A stretch of 63,935 nucleotides of DNA, filler included, from Klebsormidium nitens (lineage: Eukaryota > Plantae > Klebsormidiophyceae): NCBI GenBank assembly GCA_000708835.1. It is 7 parts of 7 records of this genome, joined end to end, with 100 filler letters (N's around TTAATTAATTAA, not from the genome) between each part and the next. Parts side by side here need not be neighbours in the genome. Positions count along the whole stretch, not along the records: positions 25,894 to 35,987 come from DF238090.1; positions 36,088 to 41,943 come from DF238396.1; positions 42,044 to 48,730 come from DF237966.1; 4 more parts are not named here. One strand, 5' to 3'. The notes under the pieces are model-generated. The model saw nothing but the letters and a program-made list of their open reading frames with translations, had not been told where the DNA came from and ran no database searches. Each line of letters begins with the position of its first letter. Position 1 is the first letter of the stretch. Positions 34,341 through 48,013 of this stretch are shown here, piece by piece. The position numbers and the translations under genes were made by a program.

Positions 34341-35976
34341 CATCTAGCCTAGTAATCTGCTGGAGGCTGCGCTTGCAATCCTTCAGCCCAGCATTCAAAC
34401 CCTCGCACGCCGTCATTGCAGTGTCTTTGTGGACCGGAAAGCTGTCTATGAAGAGCGTTGGAGGGCAGGTATGGACGCTGTAGCGCCTGGCCGCGTTTCC
34501 AACGGCGACCGAAACAGGCCCTGTTGCAATGGAATGAGCGTGTTAGATATTTGCAGAGCTGGGAAACTCACAAGAAAAGGCGGGAACAGTGCTCGAGCTT
34601 TGATGTGATATTGGACCTTGGAATTAGAGCAGCGTGCCAGCAAGGATTACAGAGCAAGGATGATAGAGGGGAGCAAACCATGGGGGCCGCTTCTCAATGA
34701 GCAGCCGACTTCAATTGAAGAAGGAAATTGCGTACCTGAGTGAAATCGGTCGACCAGAAACAACATGTGCTTGGCCAACCCCGGCAGTCGGTTTAGGAAC
34801 CATTCCTGGAGCTGACACGCGCAGTCCTCCACCACAGTGAGCCCCTTGAGAGCCTCCAGAGAGTTCCGCGTGGCGAGCACGGTTCCAAAGTCGCTGACGC
34901 TTTCAGCTCCTTTCATGTAGTGGTAGCCGAGCGGCGCGCGATGGGGGCATGCCAGAATGAAGAGGCCGACCTGCATGAATCAAGATGATATGTGTTAACC
35001 AACAGCGTTCAGTTGAACGAGTGTCACAAGACAGTTGAGCAGCGCAAAGGACCATGTTGACACGATACCGTAAATCAAGTGAAAAGGATCCAATCGTTTA
35101 TATGCTAGATAAAAGCGGCTGAGCTTCTAAGGCTCTTACCTGACCCTTCGTGTGGGGCTTCTGCGGAAGCGCGCAATGCCTTTCCAGCTTCTCCTTGCTG
35201 GAACGACCTTCAGCGTTCTCCCAGTCGATAAAGTGGGGCCGCTCGAACAGCAATGGATGGAACCCGTAGGCGCTCGGGCGCTCGACCTGATCTCTGTACT
35301 CGCTGGACGCGGGTCGCAGCGTGCCATCCCTGTAGTAGGAGGGGTCCCGCACCTCGAGCTCCTCGAGCAAGAGCTTGGCCCGTTCACAAAGCCGCGCCTC
35401 TTTGGCTGTGCACTCTTCTCCTGCATCGCCGTCGGTGTCAACTCCCTCGCCAGTGAGCCCCCACATGAAGTCCGTAGCCTCGACGAGGCATTGGAGTGGG
35501 GAGGGAGTGGTCGCTCGGCGCAAATTCGCAAAGGGCTCAAAGGCGAGCAAGTTGGTGCAGTAGATATCGCGCATGAGTGGAAGCAGAGCCGGGGGGAAGG
35601 CGTACTGCCTCATATTGCCACCCTGGCCGGCCACGTGGACAATTGGCAACTGCGGGGAGTGGAACTCCAAGACGGCAGCGATCATGGGCGCGTCGTTGCG
35701 GAGGTATGCCAGCTCGATGTTGTTCAGCGCCCGGCCTCCAAGGAGCAGCCGCCTCATGAGCTGGAGCCCTAGAATGCGGCAGTAGATCCACGAGTAGTCC
35801 TTGGTGAGCAGGCTATGCACCAATGCGCCTAGATCATGGAAGTGACCAGAGCACCAGCCCGTGAGAGGAACGACCCCGTCCTTGAGATAAGGCGTCATCC
35901 AGGGCCTTCTGGGTGCGCGCGCGCATGCGGCGCAGTTCGCTGGGCAGGGGGGCTGGGGGAAGGCTGCTAGATCCAC
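34210..35976 (-). CDS. 3' part of a third KDZ transposase, with two introns (5' part lost in gap)
   Basis: Paralog of 20295-22409. Joins KGQ|VGLFILACPH (intron 35139-34971) and DRFHSG|PVSV..HTCPPTLFIDSF (intron 34735-34521). Confidence 0.82.
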
Positions 35977-36087
35977 CAGCGCTCTGANNNNNNNNNNNNN
36001 NNNNNNNNNNNNNNNNNNNNNNNNNNNNNNNTTAATTAATTAANNNNNNNNNNNNNNNNNNNNNNNNNNNNNNNNNNNNNNNNNNNN

Positions 36088-38130
36088 AACATATGCCCAC
36101 CAGGTTCTTTTCTCCCCGAACGTGAACGCCACTCTCCCAAACATATCGAGAATCTCAAATAGGCTCTTGTTCCCGGTTAGATGCTGGAAGCTTCCCAAAT
36201 CGACGAGCCACTCGTCGGCAGCTACCCCCTCAACCACGCTAAAGGCCTTTTGAAACACGGCGTTGTTGGGAATGAAGTTGGATGTGGGAAACTATAGAAA
36301 GTGGAGTTCGAAGGTTAAGTTTCTTTTCGACCTCCAAGGATCTATGGAATGGAGGAGAACACCCATAACCTGTTGAAAGACGGCGTTGTTTGAAATGAAT
36401 AATTGAATAATCAGAATCGCACAAGACATATCGGGTGTTCGGAGTCCGGCGACGCTAAAGCTGTGTAGTCTCAGCGCTATGCTAGACTCACTCAAGTAGA
36501 GTCACACTCATAGTCTAGGTCTACATCAATAGTCTAGTAGGCTGAGTTGACTGCGGATAAGCAAGTCCGAAAGTTTCACGCATATCTACGGCTATTGTCA
36601 AACCTACTCATTACGGCGGTTATCTCAATAAGCCATTCGGGTGTAACGTTGTAACCCGCGCGCAACCGCTAATTACCGTCGACGTCACCCAAGAGATAGC
36701 GCACACTAAATGCGCGAACCTCAACAAGGCCATTCCCTTGGCAGGTTCCCCTCCTTTCTTTTGCTCCGGCTTGAGCTCCCACCTATCCGGCGGCTTGCTG
36801 CACTTCCGAGCAATGTGACCAAACTCACCGCAATTGTAGCACTTGGGCCCCTTGTTCCGGCTCTCATCCTTGCCGTGGCTCCTCTTTGCTCCTTTTCCGC
36901 TGAGCTACATAAGCTACCACAGAGTTCGACCCACCACCGCCCTCTTCTTTGTGCAGCTGAAATCCTTTGCTCATGCACCAGAGCTTCGGCAGCATCGTAT
37001 CCACCGAGCTCATGCCGCCCTCCGAAGCCCTTAGGATTGTTTTCAGGGTACTGAATGAGCTCGGCAATCCCGCAAGCACGCTCCAAGCTCCTCTGACTTT
37101 AGCTCAAAACCGGTGACTGTCAAGTTCCCAAACAAATTCTTTGCCCGAGCCACGTACAAGGTCTCAGGCTCACCCGACTTTCATCTTGAGGAAATGCAAC
37201 TCTTGCCTCTGCTGAACCGCACTGGATTTGCTCTTGTAGGTCGTCTCAAGGAGATCCCAAGCCTCCATTGCGGTCTTGCACGCTTCAATCGTCCCAATTT
37301 GATGGTCCTCAACGTTCAACCCTATATGGACACGCTTTCGTTAATTGAGTAGCGTGAGCTACGGGACCTTTACTCCGTCCCATAGATCCTTGGATGTCAA
37401 CAAGAACTTGATTTTGCGACTCCGATTGATATAGTTGTCTACACCAAGCTTGTCTATGTGGACTTTGAACCCGTCAGCCATTTTAGGGTTTGCGTACCCT
37501 TTCCCCTTTCTCAGCCTTCTCAGGACCAAAGGTGGAAATTTCCCTTTTTCTTTTCCTTTTCCCGCCACTTGATCCCCCTTACAGGGCTTTCAGTGTCACT
37601 TGGCTCAAAGAGCATCCGTGATATAGCAGACCGCCCCCACCGATGCCTTCATTGACCAACGAGACCCATAGGTTGATTTGCGTTTTGCCACTACTTCTCA
37701 GAACGGAACGTGATTTTCTTCCTGCGGATTTCAGGTGTTGCCTACTCAATGACTACATGAAGGCGACCGCTTCTTTCCAACGTCGTCGCGACACGGAGAG
37801 CACCATTGGCTGATCCTTCCTCCCTAGCGCCGCGGGCCATAAGCTGTTGAAACACAGCTTTGTTGCTATTCCATCAATCAGTTCGCATAGTGTATATGGG
37901 GTGTTCCAAGTCACGGCCTATCTCTAGATTTACACTCTAGCCTAGTAGGCTCGGTGGACCGTCACCTAGTAGGTCCGAAAGTTTCACTCTATACCGTTCA
38001 TTTACGGTTAGTATCGAACCCGAACAATATCGACGCTTATCGCCAAGTCATTTTGGTAGAACAATGTAACCTGCGCGCTTTAACATTAACTTTAACTTCA
38101 ACCGTGTAACCATAATTACTGGTTACCGTC
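36088..38130 (-). mobile_element. Rearranged, decayed Ty1/copia fragments (gag, protease, LTR pieces)
   Basis: MADGFKVHIDKLGVDNY..KFLLTSKDLWD; EWLVDLGSFQHL; LTR-end/PBS junctions at ~36370 and ~37845. Confidence 0.8.
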
Positions 38131-38489
38131 GAATTACGACCACGTCGTGATCCTAAACACATAGAATCAACCAGACGTTTGATCCTAAATGCCCGTATCC
38201 CAACACAGACTGCCCTGTCAACTTTAGTCTCTTCATTCACGTTGAACGCAGTTGCTTGCAATATCAAGCGCTTGATCCAATCTGGTGCCCTAGCAAACCT
38301 TTCCGACGAGCATTTTGATGCTAATCCTACATTACCAGTCTAAGGATTGTCCATGCACACACAAGCATAAGGCTAGAGAGTGCTTGCGGCTTCTACCTCA
38401 TTTCGTAATTTTCTCACTTGCATCCCTGCTCAGCAAGATTATTTTTTGTTGAGATTTGGGCATTGATAGTGCGCAATCTCTTGAGTGGC

Positions 38490-41200
38490 GTCGACGGGAG
38501 TTCGACGATAACCGGTGGTTAGCGGTTGGCGTTAGATGCGCGCGAGTTACAGCGTTACATCTGATTGACTTATTGAGATAATAGCTGTAAATATTCAGAT
38601 TGCGGGAAACTTTGAATTCGCTTATCCGCTGACAACTAAACCTACTAGGCTATCGCTAAATCCATACCAAGAGGCTAACTCAGTTTGAATGACTCTAGCA
38701 TAGCACACGGACTACATACCTTTAGCGCCGCTGGACGCCAAACACTCGATATGTATTGTGTGAACTTGACCATTCAATCATTCATTCCCAACACCGCCGT
38801 ATTTAACAGGTTGTGGGCCCACGACGCATCACGACGCAGCACGGCGCCTAGGTAGTGGGAGCGCAAGCATTCAAAAAGTAGGTCTCCAAGAGGGTGAAAA
38901 AGTTGCATTTGAAAGCCCGTGAGGGAGATCAAGAGACAGAGAAAGCCCGAACGGATTTTCCACCTTTGATCTTGAGATAGAGAAAGGGAACGCAATCCGT
39001 AGAATGACGGACGGATACAAGATCCACATCGATAAGTTGGACGTGGAGAACTATAGAGCGTGGAGTTTGAAGATTAAGTTTCTTCTGATTTCCAAGGATC
39101 TATGGGATGAAGTTAAAGATCCCGTAGCGCACCCAGCTTATTCAAAGAAAGCGTTGTCCTTCATCGGGTTGAACGTTGAGAATCACCATCAATTGAGGCG
39201 TGCAAAACCGCAAAGAAGGATTGGGACCTACAAGAGCAACCCAAAGCAAGGAAGATGCAGCTCAGGCGAGAGTTGCATTCTCTCAAGATGAAGTCGTGTG
39301 AGCCCGTGACCATGTACGTGGGTCGGGCAAAGGGATTGTATAGGGATTTGGTCGCCACCGGTTTTAAGATGAAGCCGGATGAGTTGGCGTAAGCGTGCTT
39401 GCGGGATTGCCGAAGACGTTTAGTACTCTAAAAAGAAAGGCTTTGGAGAGCGCCATCAGCTTGATGGATGCAATTTTGCCGAAGCTCATGGTGCATGTTT
39501 CAGCAGTCACTTAAGGAAAAAAGCAGCGGCGGGCGGACTCCGCTGTGGCCTAAGTGGCCGGGCGGAAAGGGAGCGTGGAGGGTCACGGCAAGGATGAGAG
39601 CCGGGGCAAGGGGCCTAAATGTTAAGATTGCGAGCTGTTTGGTCACATTGCCCGGAATTGCAGCAAGCCGGACAATTGGGAGCACAAGCAGGGGCAGAAA
39701 AAAGGGGAGAACCTCTCAAGGGTGTGGCCTTCAGCGTCATTGAGCGTTGTCTACCGACGAGTGCCTCGTCGATTTGGGTAGCTCCCAACATCTAATCGGA
39801 GACGAAAGCCTATTTGAGACCCTCGGAATCTTGCGGGGGAGTGGCCGAGATTCTCAATTGTGGACAAGGACCCTACTATGGGCTGAGGGGAGCGGCTCGG
39901 TGGAGCTGCAATGTGCGACACCGACCAGAAAAGATCTGGTCACTTTGCAAAACGTAATGTATGTTCCGGGGGTGGCGGCAATTCGATCTCCGTGAGCAAG
40001 GCCACCGAGGCTGCCTCAATATTCTTCAAGGAGAACAGCTACTGCGAGCTTAAGATTGACGGGAAGGTAGTCCGGCCTTATCGCCCAAAAAGTGAAGGGG
40101 ATCTACGTGGTCAATCTGGCGGAGAGGGACACGTGCTTGTCCTGCTAATGTAGAATTCGGAAACGCCGGAGTTGTGGCACCGACGCTTGCGACATGCCGG
40201 GTACGAAAATTCGGCAAAAGCGGTGCAAAGAGACCTCGTGGAAGGGGTCGGGGTAAAATCGAGTGCCTTTCGAGCGCTTAGAACCTCGGTTTGCAAGCCT
40301 TGCATATTGGGGAAGCAAACTAGGCTCACCTTCCCGGAATCCAACTCGGTGAGCACGGAGCCTCTTGAGTTAGTCCACATAGACGTCTGAGTCTGCGGGC
40401 CAATACCGGTAGCGTTGGTAGGCGGAAGCCGATACTTTGCCACGTAAGTTGGACGACTACGGCAGACTCTCGGTTGTAGTTTTACAAAGCACAAGAGCGA
40501 GGTGGCCAAAGTGACGGAGCGAACAATAAATCGGCTGGAGTTGGCAACAAGGAAAGAAGCTTAAATCGGTGCAAACGGATTGGGGGAAGGAGTACGTCAA
40601 CAAGGGCCTTGAGAACGTTTTCGGGGGCGCAAAGGGACGGTTCACGAGAAAACTGCCCCCTATTGTGCCAAGTAGAATGGGTCAACGGAACGGCTGAATC
40701 AGGATTTGGAAGAGAAGACTCGGGCGATGGTCGAGGGGTTGCCCTAAAAATTGCGGGCAGAAGCAATTTCACGTCGGCCAACTATACACGGAACCCGACG
40801 CTCGTGAGCGCCCATGGGAAAACTTCTCGAGAAACATTCTTCGTTGTGGCCCGAATGTGGGGCATACATGAGCCCTTTTTACGGCCCGAGCCTTCCGACA
40901 CGTCCCCAAGCAGCGGAGGCATTTAAGCTAGATTAGTTCAGCGAGCAACGTGTGTTCGTGGGGTACGAGCCGGACACAAATACGTACAGGTTGCTTCAGG
41001 ACAGTGACGGGAACTTAAATTATTCTCGCAATGTCATCATGACAAGGTATGATCGGAGGCACTGGGGTTGTCGAGCTTGGCTTCGATCCCACGGACGGTT
41101 CGCAAATAGCGGAGAGTCACGGCGCACAGGTTCACACGGATGTCCCGGAGGGACCCAGAATTGAGTAGCCTGATTTACCGATCTTCCGGCGCGACCGAGA
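38490..41200 (+). mobile_element. Decayed Ty1/copia: LTR, PBS, gag, protease, integrase; no RT seen
   Basis: AACA-GGTTGTGGGCCC at 38805-38820; gag MTDGYKIHIDKLDVENY; DECLVDLGSSQHL; WHRRLRH..CKPCILGKQ..LELVHIDV; MFVGYE. Many stops and frameshifts. Confidence 0.88.
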
Positions 41201-42043
41201 TACTATGGTGATTGGGGTTCTATCTGACTAGAATTTGAATTTGCGACCGCCAGCGGGAGTGCGTAATCATGTGGTAAACGGTTGAACCGTTAGGCGGTTT
41301 TTGAGGTAGTACTCGGCTGTCAAAGGATCCCACCAAGTTTAAGTCGTAGATGAGAATCTGAAGGTTTGAAAATCCGTTGAAAACTAATGTTTCCGTGAAA
41401 CAGGCTAATGAGCTTAGGAAAGTGTGACTTAGTCTGAGTGAGCCTAGTAGGTAGCAGTGGCTCTTGTGGAACGGACGAAAACTTTGAGACAATGCATGCG
41501 GCAAAGGTAGTACTATGATATCATCATGCTAAGTGAGAATTTTGTCTAGAGACCCTAGAACTTTAGCTGCTTGTGAGGTGCTTCGTGTGTTTTTCGTAAA
41601 ATGCATGGCTGCCAAAGTTGAGTAATGAGGATGGGTGCTTGGCCGCCAAGCACCGGGTCTCACCGTGTTGAACACGGCCCGAGACCCGGCAATCATTGTG
41701 CCAAATTTTTGCACCACGAGTCCCTTACTGCCGACATGCTATCTGCATTCTGCGAGTCTTGCAGAAACATGGGCCTTCTGTGGCATAAACGCTTTGCATG
41801 TATCACCGCAACCTGCTTTGAGCTAATTGAAGTCTAAAGAGTAAAGTACGGTTCGATGTTTGCTTGCATGGTTTGCTTACGGTTCGGCTGTATTTCAACA
41901 GTTTACATTGATTGTAACGCGGTGCTAGGCTTCCCAAGCCCATNNNNNNNNNNNNNNNNNNNNNNNNNNNNNNNNNNNNNNNNNNNNTTAATTAATTAAN
42001 NNNNNNNNNNNNNNNNNNNNNNNNNNNNNNNNNNNNNNNNNNN

Positions 42044-42274
42044 GGGGGATGGACAGTAGAAGACCTCAAACTTCTCGGCGTCCAGCCAGACGTGGCACAG
42101 CGTGCACTGGCTGAAATCCATGGCGATGGTCTTGAGGCCGCTGCTCGTCGCTATGATATTCACGTCGTTGAGGAGTTCCTTCAGCACCTCGAAGAGGCTC
42201 TTGAGGGAAGAGCCCTGAACGGACTTGAGGACGAGCACAAAGCGCCTGCCATCTTGGGCCTGGTCCGAGTCCAT
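42044..42274 (-). CDS. PCNA: PCNA sliding clamp, N-terminal part, NCLDV-like (cut by gap)
   Basis: LKSVQGSSLKSLFEVLKELLNDVNI..GLKTIAMD..LCHVWLDAEKFEVFYC; intronless. Confidence 0.82.
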
Positions 42275-42323
42275 GGTCGCCTGCTCTTCCGGGGTCCGCG
42301 TTGTTGCCTAAATGGACGACCCT

Positions 42324-42764
42324 CTAAAAGTCATCGTAGGCCGACTGGACCAGCATGCCGTCCGGTTCTTCGTCGTAGGGAGTGAAGGTCAGGCCGGGGG
42401 AGGGCGACGTGAAAGAGCTGGTGGTCATTGGAGCAAACATCTCGTCGATCGGAGCCTTCTTCTCGGTCGAGGGTCCCCCCCGCGTACTTCCCCCATGCCT
42501 CTTCTTCAGCCACTGGAAGGCCGCGCTCCCTCCGTAGATTTGATGATCGGACACGACGCTGGGCGTCTGACTGATCGGATGTACCGGCCTCTGCCTGTCG
42601 ATGTTGACGAGCACCGTCGAGGCGAGGTTCTTCGATTCGGCATTGAGTTTGTTGACGAATTCTACCGAATACGGACAGCGAGGGCTGTAGTACACGACAT
42701 CCCTTCGGTCCATCGATGCTGCTTTGCACATAGGGATCAAAAAGTCTGAAGCGCTTGGACGCAC
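42324..42764 (-). CDS. Thioredoxin-fold protein of the NCLDV type (start probably downstream, e.g. MDRRD)
   Basis: VYYSPRCPYS..LVNID..ISQTPSVV..YGGSAAFQWL. Confidence 0.6.
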   Translation of the reverse strand: MRPSASDFLIPMCKAASMDRRDVVYYSPRCPYSVEFVNKLNAESKNLASTVLVNIDRQRPVHPISQTPSVVSDHQIYGGSAAFQWLKKRHGGSTRGGPSTEKKAPIDEMFAPMTTSSFTSPSPGLTFTPYDEEPDGMLVQSAYDDF

Positions 42765-42820
42765 GTAGGGAAATTCTTTCTATCCCCATCTTAGAGGAGG
42801 CTAGGGACCACGGGCAGCTC

Positions 42821-45800
42821 ATGTCGAGGCGCAAGAGAACGGCCGAACACTTGGGTCTTACGAATGATACATTAGGTAATGATGCAACTTATGATGGTCC
42901 AGTAACGCGCTCGAGGGGTCACCATGACCAGACCCAACGTGTTTTAAGGCTCATCAAAAGGCAAAGAGGAGAAGGGCCGTCTGTGGTCGCCCCGATCCAA
43001 GGTGGTCTGGTCGAGGCACACGCACAGGCTACGGCCAACTATGAGAGCCAGATCGAAAAGTTGCAGGCACGTATCGACGGGTACGAGCGGATCCAGAATC
43101 AGACCGATAACGAACTCAGGAGGGAACGGGCATCTCGGGAGATTGTAAACAGCCAACTGACGGAGTCGAAGAGGCACATAAAGGATCTAGAGAAGGACAT
43201 CGAGAGAATAAGACGGGAGGGACGCAAGACCGAGGATAAGCTGCAAAATGAACTCGACTACGAGAAGCGGTCTCGTAAAGTCCAGATGGACAAACTGGAG
43301 AAAGAGAGATCCGCCGAGATGAAAAAGTCGTTGGCTGAACAAGCAGAGAAGCATAGGAAAAGGGAGGAAGAATTACGAAAACTCCGAGAAGAAGAGAAGA
43401 AGAGATACGAAGCCAAGGTCGACGAGCTCCGAAAAGAGAGAGACGAAGCATTGGCTCGACAGAAGGAGTTGTCGGAGGCAGCAGAGGCGAAGCGAGCTAT
43501 CGAGATCGAAGATCTGGAGGGGAGAAGAAGAAGAGCCGAAGAAGAGGTCAAGAAACTGAAGGAAGAGCTGCAGAAGAAGGAGCACGAGAGAGAGGAGGCG
43601 ATCGCGGGATGGAGTCACGTCAGAAAGGGACTGACGCTGGCGAATCAGCAGCTGAACAGAGAGAACGCAGACCTGCAGACGGCGAGAGAGGAGGCCATCG
43701 CGTTGATGGACAGGCTGAGAACCGTATACAAAAATCTGCCGCGGAGAGCTTTCGATCTGCCGAGGCGCGTCGAGACGCAAGAGGAGTTGACGGACGTGCT
43801 GGAGTCGCTCATCAAAGACCTCAACTCGGATCGTTCGAGGCAGTCGAACCAGCTGGATGACATCTTCCGACGGGTCACGAGGGCCGTGTCGAACTTTCGA
43901 GGGTTCTGCGAGAGAGCTGAGAACCGAGTCAATATAGCCGACTCGAACGATATCCAGACGATGATCGGCAATCTCGAAAATAGCCTCACGCACGCGCAGA
44001 ATATGCACGAAGGAGCACGAGAAACCATCCTCGGCCTCGAGAGGACGGCCGAGACCAGGAAGAGAGACCTAGAGAGGGCCTTGCGGGACTTGGACGACTT
44101 GCTGTCGGGCACCGTCCGAGCCGACGCGTCCGAACAGGTGAAGACCATCAAGGATCGACTCGACGCAGCTCGAGAGGAAGCTCGGGCATTCGGGAAGGCA
44201 GCGGCGCGAGCAGAGGAATTGAGGAGGGCGAAGGCAGCCGAAGCCGAGCGGACCGGCGCCCAGCTGGCGAGTTTGACGAAAGAGGTTCGGAGGTTGAACG
44301 CCGTAGTGGCCCACGGTAACGAGAGAGAAGAATCGATGAGGGAAAAAATCAGGGATTTCGAGAAGCTATGCAGGGACGTGCTGGTCTCTCAGGAACACAG
44401 GGAGCAGCTCCTAAACCATGCAGATCCGAAGCTCAGAGAGGTGGGATCCATCGTGAAGACGCTCCTCGACAGCAAGGAAACGCTCGAAAGAGCCCTCCAA
44501 GAGAGCAGAGAACGCGAAAGTGCCAGGATGGAACTAGACGACGAGATCGAGGAGCTGAAGACGAGCAAACGAGCTTTGGAACGGCAGAACGCAGAGCTTA
44601 TGGCCAAGGCGAGTGATCTGCGGGACGAAGTCCAGAGGTCCAACGCCGAGCACGAACATGAGAAATCGAGGATAACTGCAGATTACCAAGCGAGAGAAGC
44701 AGCATGGCAGCGTTCGGCCCAAAACGTATCGCGAGATCGGGAGACGTGGATGCAAGGAGCCAAGAGCGAGTTCGAGCAGATATATGCGGAGAGGGTAAGA
44801 GAGCTGGATGGGTTCAGAGCACAGGCAGCAGCGGAGGTGGACGCTCATCGAGCCGACAGAGTCGCTCTGGAAGGGCGAGTACGGATCGCAGAGCAAAAGG
44901 CGATAGAGGACGAGCAGAATGCGGAGCAGAGGATAGCAGAGATCGGCGCGCAAGTGCGGCAGATAGACAAGAATTACACGAGAGCCTCGGAGGAAAAACA
45001 GAGGGAGCTCGAGGAACTCAACGTTTAACTCCGAGCGAGGACTGAGGAGAAGGACGGACTGCTGAGATCAGAACAGGCGTTGCGAGATGAGTTGGCTGCG
45101 ATGACCGAGCGAGCCGACGAGTCGCAGAAGAGAGTGACGGAGCTGACCGAGGAGATAAACGACCTCAATTCGAGCGAGCAACAGCTGACGGACATAATCG
45201 CAAGATTACGCGCCCAGATCGAAGAGAATCGGATACAACGCGAGACGGCCCAATCGACACGGAACCTCCAGATCGAGGGCCTGAGAGAGACGGTGGATAG
45301 GTTGAAGAGGAAAAATCAGAGGATACAATTGGAGTTGGACGGAGCTCGCGAAGCGGCAGCGGCATCCGCTCTCAGAGAACATAAGAAAGACGAAGAAGTG
45401 ACCCGTCTGCAAGGGGTCATAGCCGAGAAAGAGTCGGAGATCGGTAGGAAGGAACAGGCCCACCGGAGAGCGATCGCAGACGTGGACCAGAAGATCGCAG
45501 GCTTGGAAGCGAATAAGAACGCACTTCGAGAGCGGATCGAGAAAGTCCAGGGACAAGCTTTCCGAAATGAAACAGTAGCGAGACAACGAGATGAAGATTT
45601 GAAGGAGTTGAGGAGCACGATCGCGCGGATGGAAATCGCACAGGCTAAAGAAGTCTCAAACTTGTCAGCAGAAAGGAATAGATTACGACAACAGGCTGCG
45701 GCGTCCGAGAGGCTGACTAGGGCACGAGTAGAAGAATTAGAGAAGCTCCGACGCAGGATCGCACAGATGGAAACCGAGCAATCAGCACGCGCGAAAGAGG

Positions 45801-47926
45801 TCTCAGCTTCGAGTGTGGAAATGAGCAGACTACGAGGCGAGGCGACCCAGTATAAGGATGCAGCGAGTAAAGGAGCCGAAGAAGTGAGAAGGTTGAGGAT
45901 CAGACTAAAGGAGCAAGAAGAAGCAAAGGCTGCTGCACTCGCCGAACGCAGTGCTCAGGTAACGAACTTGAGGAAAGAACTCGAGGATCTGACGTCCGAA
46001 CGTGAAGCTCTGAAGGCCAGTGAGAAGGAAAGTCGGGCGGCGGCCGCGGAAGCTTCCGGATCGGCCCTGCGACAAGAGCAGAGAGCCGAAACGATGGCCG
46101 CAGATGTCGAACGATTGCAGCGCTCGATGCACGAAGCGAACGAAGAGATCGACCGTGCTAGAGGAGGCATCAGGGAACGAGACGCTGAACTGAACGCAAT
46201 GACCGACGAGCTGAGAAAAGCTGACGAGGAGAGACGAGCCGTGCAAGAGAAGGAGAAACAGTCGAGGGAGGAGTTGAAGAGGATGATGGATGCCGTCGAC
46301 AGAGCGGAGAACGACAAGAGGCGTTACGCGCAAGAGGTGGACGCGCTGAAGGCGGCCGTGGCTCAGAAAATGAACACCGTAGACGAATTGAATGCCGAGA
46401 TCCAGAGAGTCGGTCGAGAGAACCAGACGATCATCGACGAACATCGGAGAGATCTCGCAGCTTTGAGGCGCCAACTGGACAAGGAACGAGAAGCCAAGGT
46501 GACGCTCGAGGGAGAGTTGAAGGGAGAGATCGAGAGGACGAAGAACTTGTTAGAAAGATCGCAACGAGAGACGCAAGAGCTGACCAGGGAACTCGGTAGA
46601 GCGAACGACACCGTGGTACGAATGACCGAGGCGACGACCGAAGTGAGGCGAGAGCACCTGGCCCACGTCAATCGGCTGGAAGAGACATTGAGAGCCCGGG
46701 AGACTGCACATCTCGAGCAGTTGCAGAGAGTGCAGCTGGATGAGGAGACCACCAGACAGAATCTAGAGAGAAGGCACGGGGAGGCTCTCCACCGAGCGAA
46801 CGAGCGACTCGATGGTGCCCAGGAAGAGGTCGAGAATTACAGGACGCGGCTCGAGGAGGTCGAACGCGACGCGAACCGGGCCGACGTCGCCAACCGAGAG
46901 GTAGTACGCAAGCTCGAGCAAAAACTCTCAGCTGCGAAGAGGGCGATCGACGAGCGAGTCTCGGAAGCCGTGAGAGCAGCGAGAGACGAGGCTTGGACTC
47001 AGGCGGCAGCACAGATGAACGAATCGGAGGTTCGCATGAGGAAGTTGGAAGAGGAGAATGCCGCACTCCGTAAGGACCTCGAAGATAGAGAGAACCAGTA
47101 CGAGACGCAGGCCAAGAGTACGAAGGATGAGTACGCTCAGGCCCTGCTGGACGCAGAGAGGAGGGCTCGAGAGGAGCTCCTCGCAAAGGAGCAGAGACTG
47201 CAGCAGATGGAATCCGACTTTCGGAACCAGAACGGAGACCTGCGCGCGAGACTCTCTGGGACGACGGTCCAGCTGAGGTCGGCCGAATTGGCTCTCATGG
47301 AAAGGAGACAGCAGGAGAGGGAGTTGAGGGAGAGGGTCCCACAGCCGGGTGCTGCGAGTCGACCGACAGAGGTTCGAGACCCGTTCGGACGAGGCGCTCC
47401 ATCCACCATAGGAGCTCCGACCCGACCGATCCCAGTCCCGCGATCGTACCCTTCCAGAGCAGGAGATCGAGGTGGACGTGGCCCCGCGTTCGGTGCAACC
47501 GGTGGTTCGCCCACGCGAGCAGCAGCCGTAGAACGTCAGCGAGTCCGCTTCGAAGAACCACATAAGCGTTCGGATCCAATAGAAGCGATTTCGAATAGAC
47601 TCGGGAGAATGAGATCCAAACTCGAGCAGCAGGAGGAGACAAAAAACTCATCCGAAGCACTCGCAAACAAACTCAGGCGAATGAAGTTGAAACTCGGTTT
47701 GCCTCCGTCTCGCGAAGAGCATGAAGAGTCGAGGAACCCATCCGAAGCACTCGCAAACAAACTCAGGCCAATGAAGTCAAAACTCGGTTTGCCTCCGTCT
47801 CGCGAAGAGCACGAAGAGTCGAGGAACCCATCCGAAGGCCTCGCAAACAAGCTCAGACGAATGAAGTCTAAACTCGGACTCCCACCGTCAGGCAGCCAAA
47901 CGGAACATTACAGAAGGTTGGCTTGA
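42821..47926 (+). pseudogene. ~1700-aa coiled-coil protein split by a single in-frame TAA
   Basis: The ORFs at 42755 and 45080 share a frame; the only stop is TAA 45026-45028 (NV*LRARTEEK). E/R/K/A-rich heptads. Confidence 0.8.
47645..47890 (+). repeat. 90-bp coding tandem repeat, about 2.7 units
   Basis: N(S/P)SE(A/G)LANKLR.MK.KLGLPPS(REEHEESR) starting at 47645, 47735 and 47825. Confidence 0.9.
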
Positions 47927-48013
47927 TAAGATTCAATGGCGAACGATATACAAATCCTCGTAAGAGGCGTACAGTGCTGAATAATATTTCCGTGTTCTTT
48001 TCTAGGTGTCACT

